From contig JBFFQZ010000001.1 in the NCBI GenBank assembly GCA_041573235.1, forward strand, positions 1-34,267: 34,267 bases of DNA. The letters run 5' to 3'. The translations under genes and the position numbers were made by a program. The notes under the pieces are model-generated. The model was not told the DNA's origin and did no database searches. It saw only the letters and a program-made list of their open reading frames with translations. Shown piece by piece: positions 32,868-34,267 of this stretch. This DNA comes from Sulfitobacter sp. Its GTDB lineage: Bacteria > Pseudomonadota > Alphaproteobacteria > Rhodobacterales > Rhodobacteraceae. Numbering within the stretch: the stretch's first letter is position 1; each line of letters opens with the position of its first letter.

Positions 32868-34267
32868 AACCCCACCCCCCGTTTCGATCAAACCTGCCCG
32901 GCAGCAGGTGTCCGGCGCGTCTTTCATCTGGGTCATTCCGCTTCTTGCGCTGGTGGTCGCATTGGGCGTCGCCTGGCAGTCGTACAACGCACGCGGTCCG
33001 ATCATCGTCGTTACGTTTCAGGACGGCTCGGGCATCTCGGCGGGCGAGACGGAGCTGAAATATCGTGAGATCACGGTGGGCAAGGTCGAATACATCGGTT
33101 TCAGCGAGGGCCTCGGCAAGGTCGAGGCGCATATCCGCGTCGAAAAGGAGATCGCGCCCTACATCGACAGCAGCTCGGTCTTCTGGATCGTCCAGCCCGA
33201 GGTGAGCGCACAGGGCGTCAGCGGGCTGAGCACGGTGCTGAGCGGTGTCTACATCGAAGGGTCGTGGGATAATGAGATCGGCATAGCTGCATCCTATTTC
33301 ACCGGGGCCGACAAGTCGCCCTTGATCAAACCGGGTGAAAAGGGGCTTCAGGTCGCCTTTCGCACGACGGACAACGGGAACCTGACCGACAATGCCCCGA
33401 TCTTGTTTCGCGGCATCGAAGTGGGTCAGGTCGGCCGTGCCCAGATCGCGCGCGGTGGTGCCTTCGCGATCGTCGAGGGGCTGATTTATGAGGAACATCG
33501 CAGCCTGATCAGCTCATCCACCCGGTTCTGGGATACCTCGGGCTTCAGCGTTTCGTTCGGGCCGCAGGGGGCTGAGATCGACTTTTCCTCGCTCGCCACG
33601 CTGGTTGGCGGGGGCATTACGTTTGACACCTTCGTGTCGGGCGGTGAGCCGGTGCAGGACGGTCACGTCTTCGACGTCTACGAGAGCAAGGAAGTGGCCC
33701 GTAACAGCCTGTTCAGCGTCTCTGAAGTCGAGCCCTTGCGGATCTCCGCGATCTTTGACGAAAACGTGTCGGGCCTGACGGTCGGCGCCCCGGTCGAGCT
33801 GAGCGGGTTCAAGATCGGAGAGGTCGACAGCCTGTCCGGCGTCGTCGATTTCAACCAGTTCGGCGACAGCCGGGTGCGCCTGAACGTGATGCTCTCGATT
33901 CAGCCCGCGCGGCTGGGCCTGCCTGTCGAGGTGACGCCAGAGGCAGCGCTAGCCTTGTTGCAGGAACGCGTGGCCGACGGTCTGCGTGCGCGGCTCGCCT
34001 CTGCCAGCCTGCTGACCGGCGGACTGAAAGTCGAACTGATCGAGGTGCCGGATGCGCCTTCCGCAGCGTTGATGCAATCGGGGCAGAACCTGCCTGTGAT
34101 GCCCGTAACCGAAAGCCTGACTTCGGACGCCTCCGCGACGGTCGAAGGGGTGATCAACCGCATCAACAACCTGCCGGTCGAGGAACTGATGCAAAGCGCG
34201 ATCGCGTTCCTCGACAGCGCCGAGACGCTGGTGTCCAGCGATGACATCCGTGAAACGCCGGGCGACC
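32860..34267 (+). CDS. pqiB: PqiB/MCE multi-domain intermembrane transport protein, truncated by window edge
   Basis: Not in ORF track (no stop in window). MAETPPPVSIKPARQQVSGASFIWVIPLLALVVALGVAWQSYNARGP; repeated MCE units (LKYREITVGKVE, ILFRGIEVGQV, VELSGFKIGEV); LRARLASASLLTG. Confidence 0.92.
   Translation, partial: MAETPPPVSIKPARQQVSGASFIWVIPLLALVVALGVAWQSYNARGPIIVVTFQDGSGISAGETELKYREITVGKVEYIGFSEGLGKVEAHIRVEKEIAPYIDSSSVFWIVQPEVSAQGVSGLSTVLSGVYIEGSWDNEIGIAASYFTGADKSPLIKPGEKGLQVAFRTTDNGNLTDNAPILFRGIEVGQVGRAQIARGGAFAIVEGLIYEEHRSLISSSTRFWDTSGFSVSFGPQGAEIDFSSLATLVGGGITFDTFVSGGEPVQDGHVFDVYESKEVARNSLFSVSEVEPLRISAIFDENVSGLTVGAPVELSGFKIGEVDSLSGVVDFNQFGDSRVRLNVMLSIQPARLGLPVEVTPEAALALLQERVADGLRARLASASLLTGGLKVELIEVPDAPSAALMQSGQNLPVMPVTESLTSDASATVEGVINRINNLPVEELMQSAIAFLDSAETLVSSDDIRETPGD

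Noticed and set aside
1-34267. Mobile elements, CRISPR arrays, tRNA/rRNA, anti-phage defence genes
   Set aside because: No integrase or transposase, spaced repeats, cloverleaf or defence-domain motifs seen by eye; short or degenerate elements could be missed without tools.

Overview
High-GC alphaproteobacterial chromosome segment; gene content and style point to Rhodobacteraceae/Roseobacter group (inference). No rRNA, tRNA, CRISPR, phage or IS element is visible. From left to right: (1) a peptide/opine-type ABC transporter cluster with a truncated S58/DmpA-like peptidase, split by an AcuC/HDAC deacetylase and a DUF1294-like gene, followed by a YegD-like Hsp70 and an M20 amidohydrolase; (2) a complete general stress response locus (yihY, Crp/Fnr, phyR <> nepR-ecfG-HisKA_2 kinase), with nepR and a 55-aa promoter-bearing membrane protein both missing from the ORF track; (3) a ~16 kb glutamate/GABA-themed region: PuuR-like regulator <> gabT, FMN glutamate-synthase-family gene <> TAXI TRAP transporter, then a co-oriented run of nitrilase-family amidase, ~916-aa PLP decarboxylase, stand-alone ATP-grasp ligase, C45 Ntn-hydrolase/acyltransferase and a translationally coupled CaiB CoA-transferase; (4) pqiA-pqiA-pqiB, truncated. 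The best candidate for an undescribed system is the decarboxylase/ATP-grasp/C45/amidase operon, which reads as a make-conjugate-release pathway for an amino-acid-derived (probably GABA) metabolite beside the stress regulon. All product calls come from motif recognition only; no searches were run.
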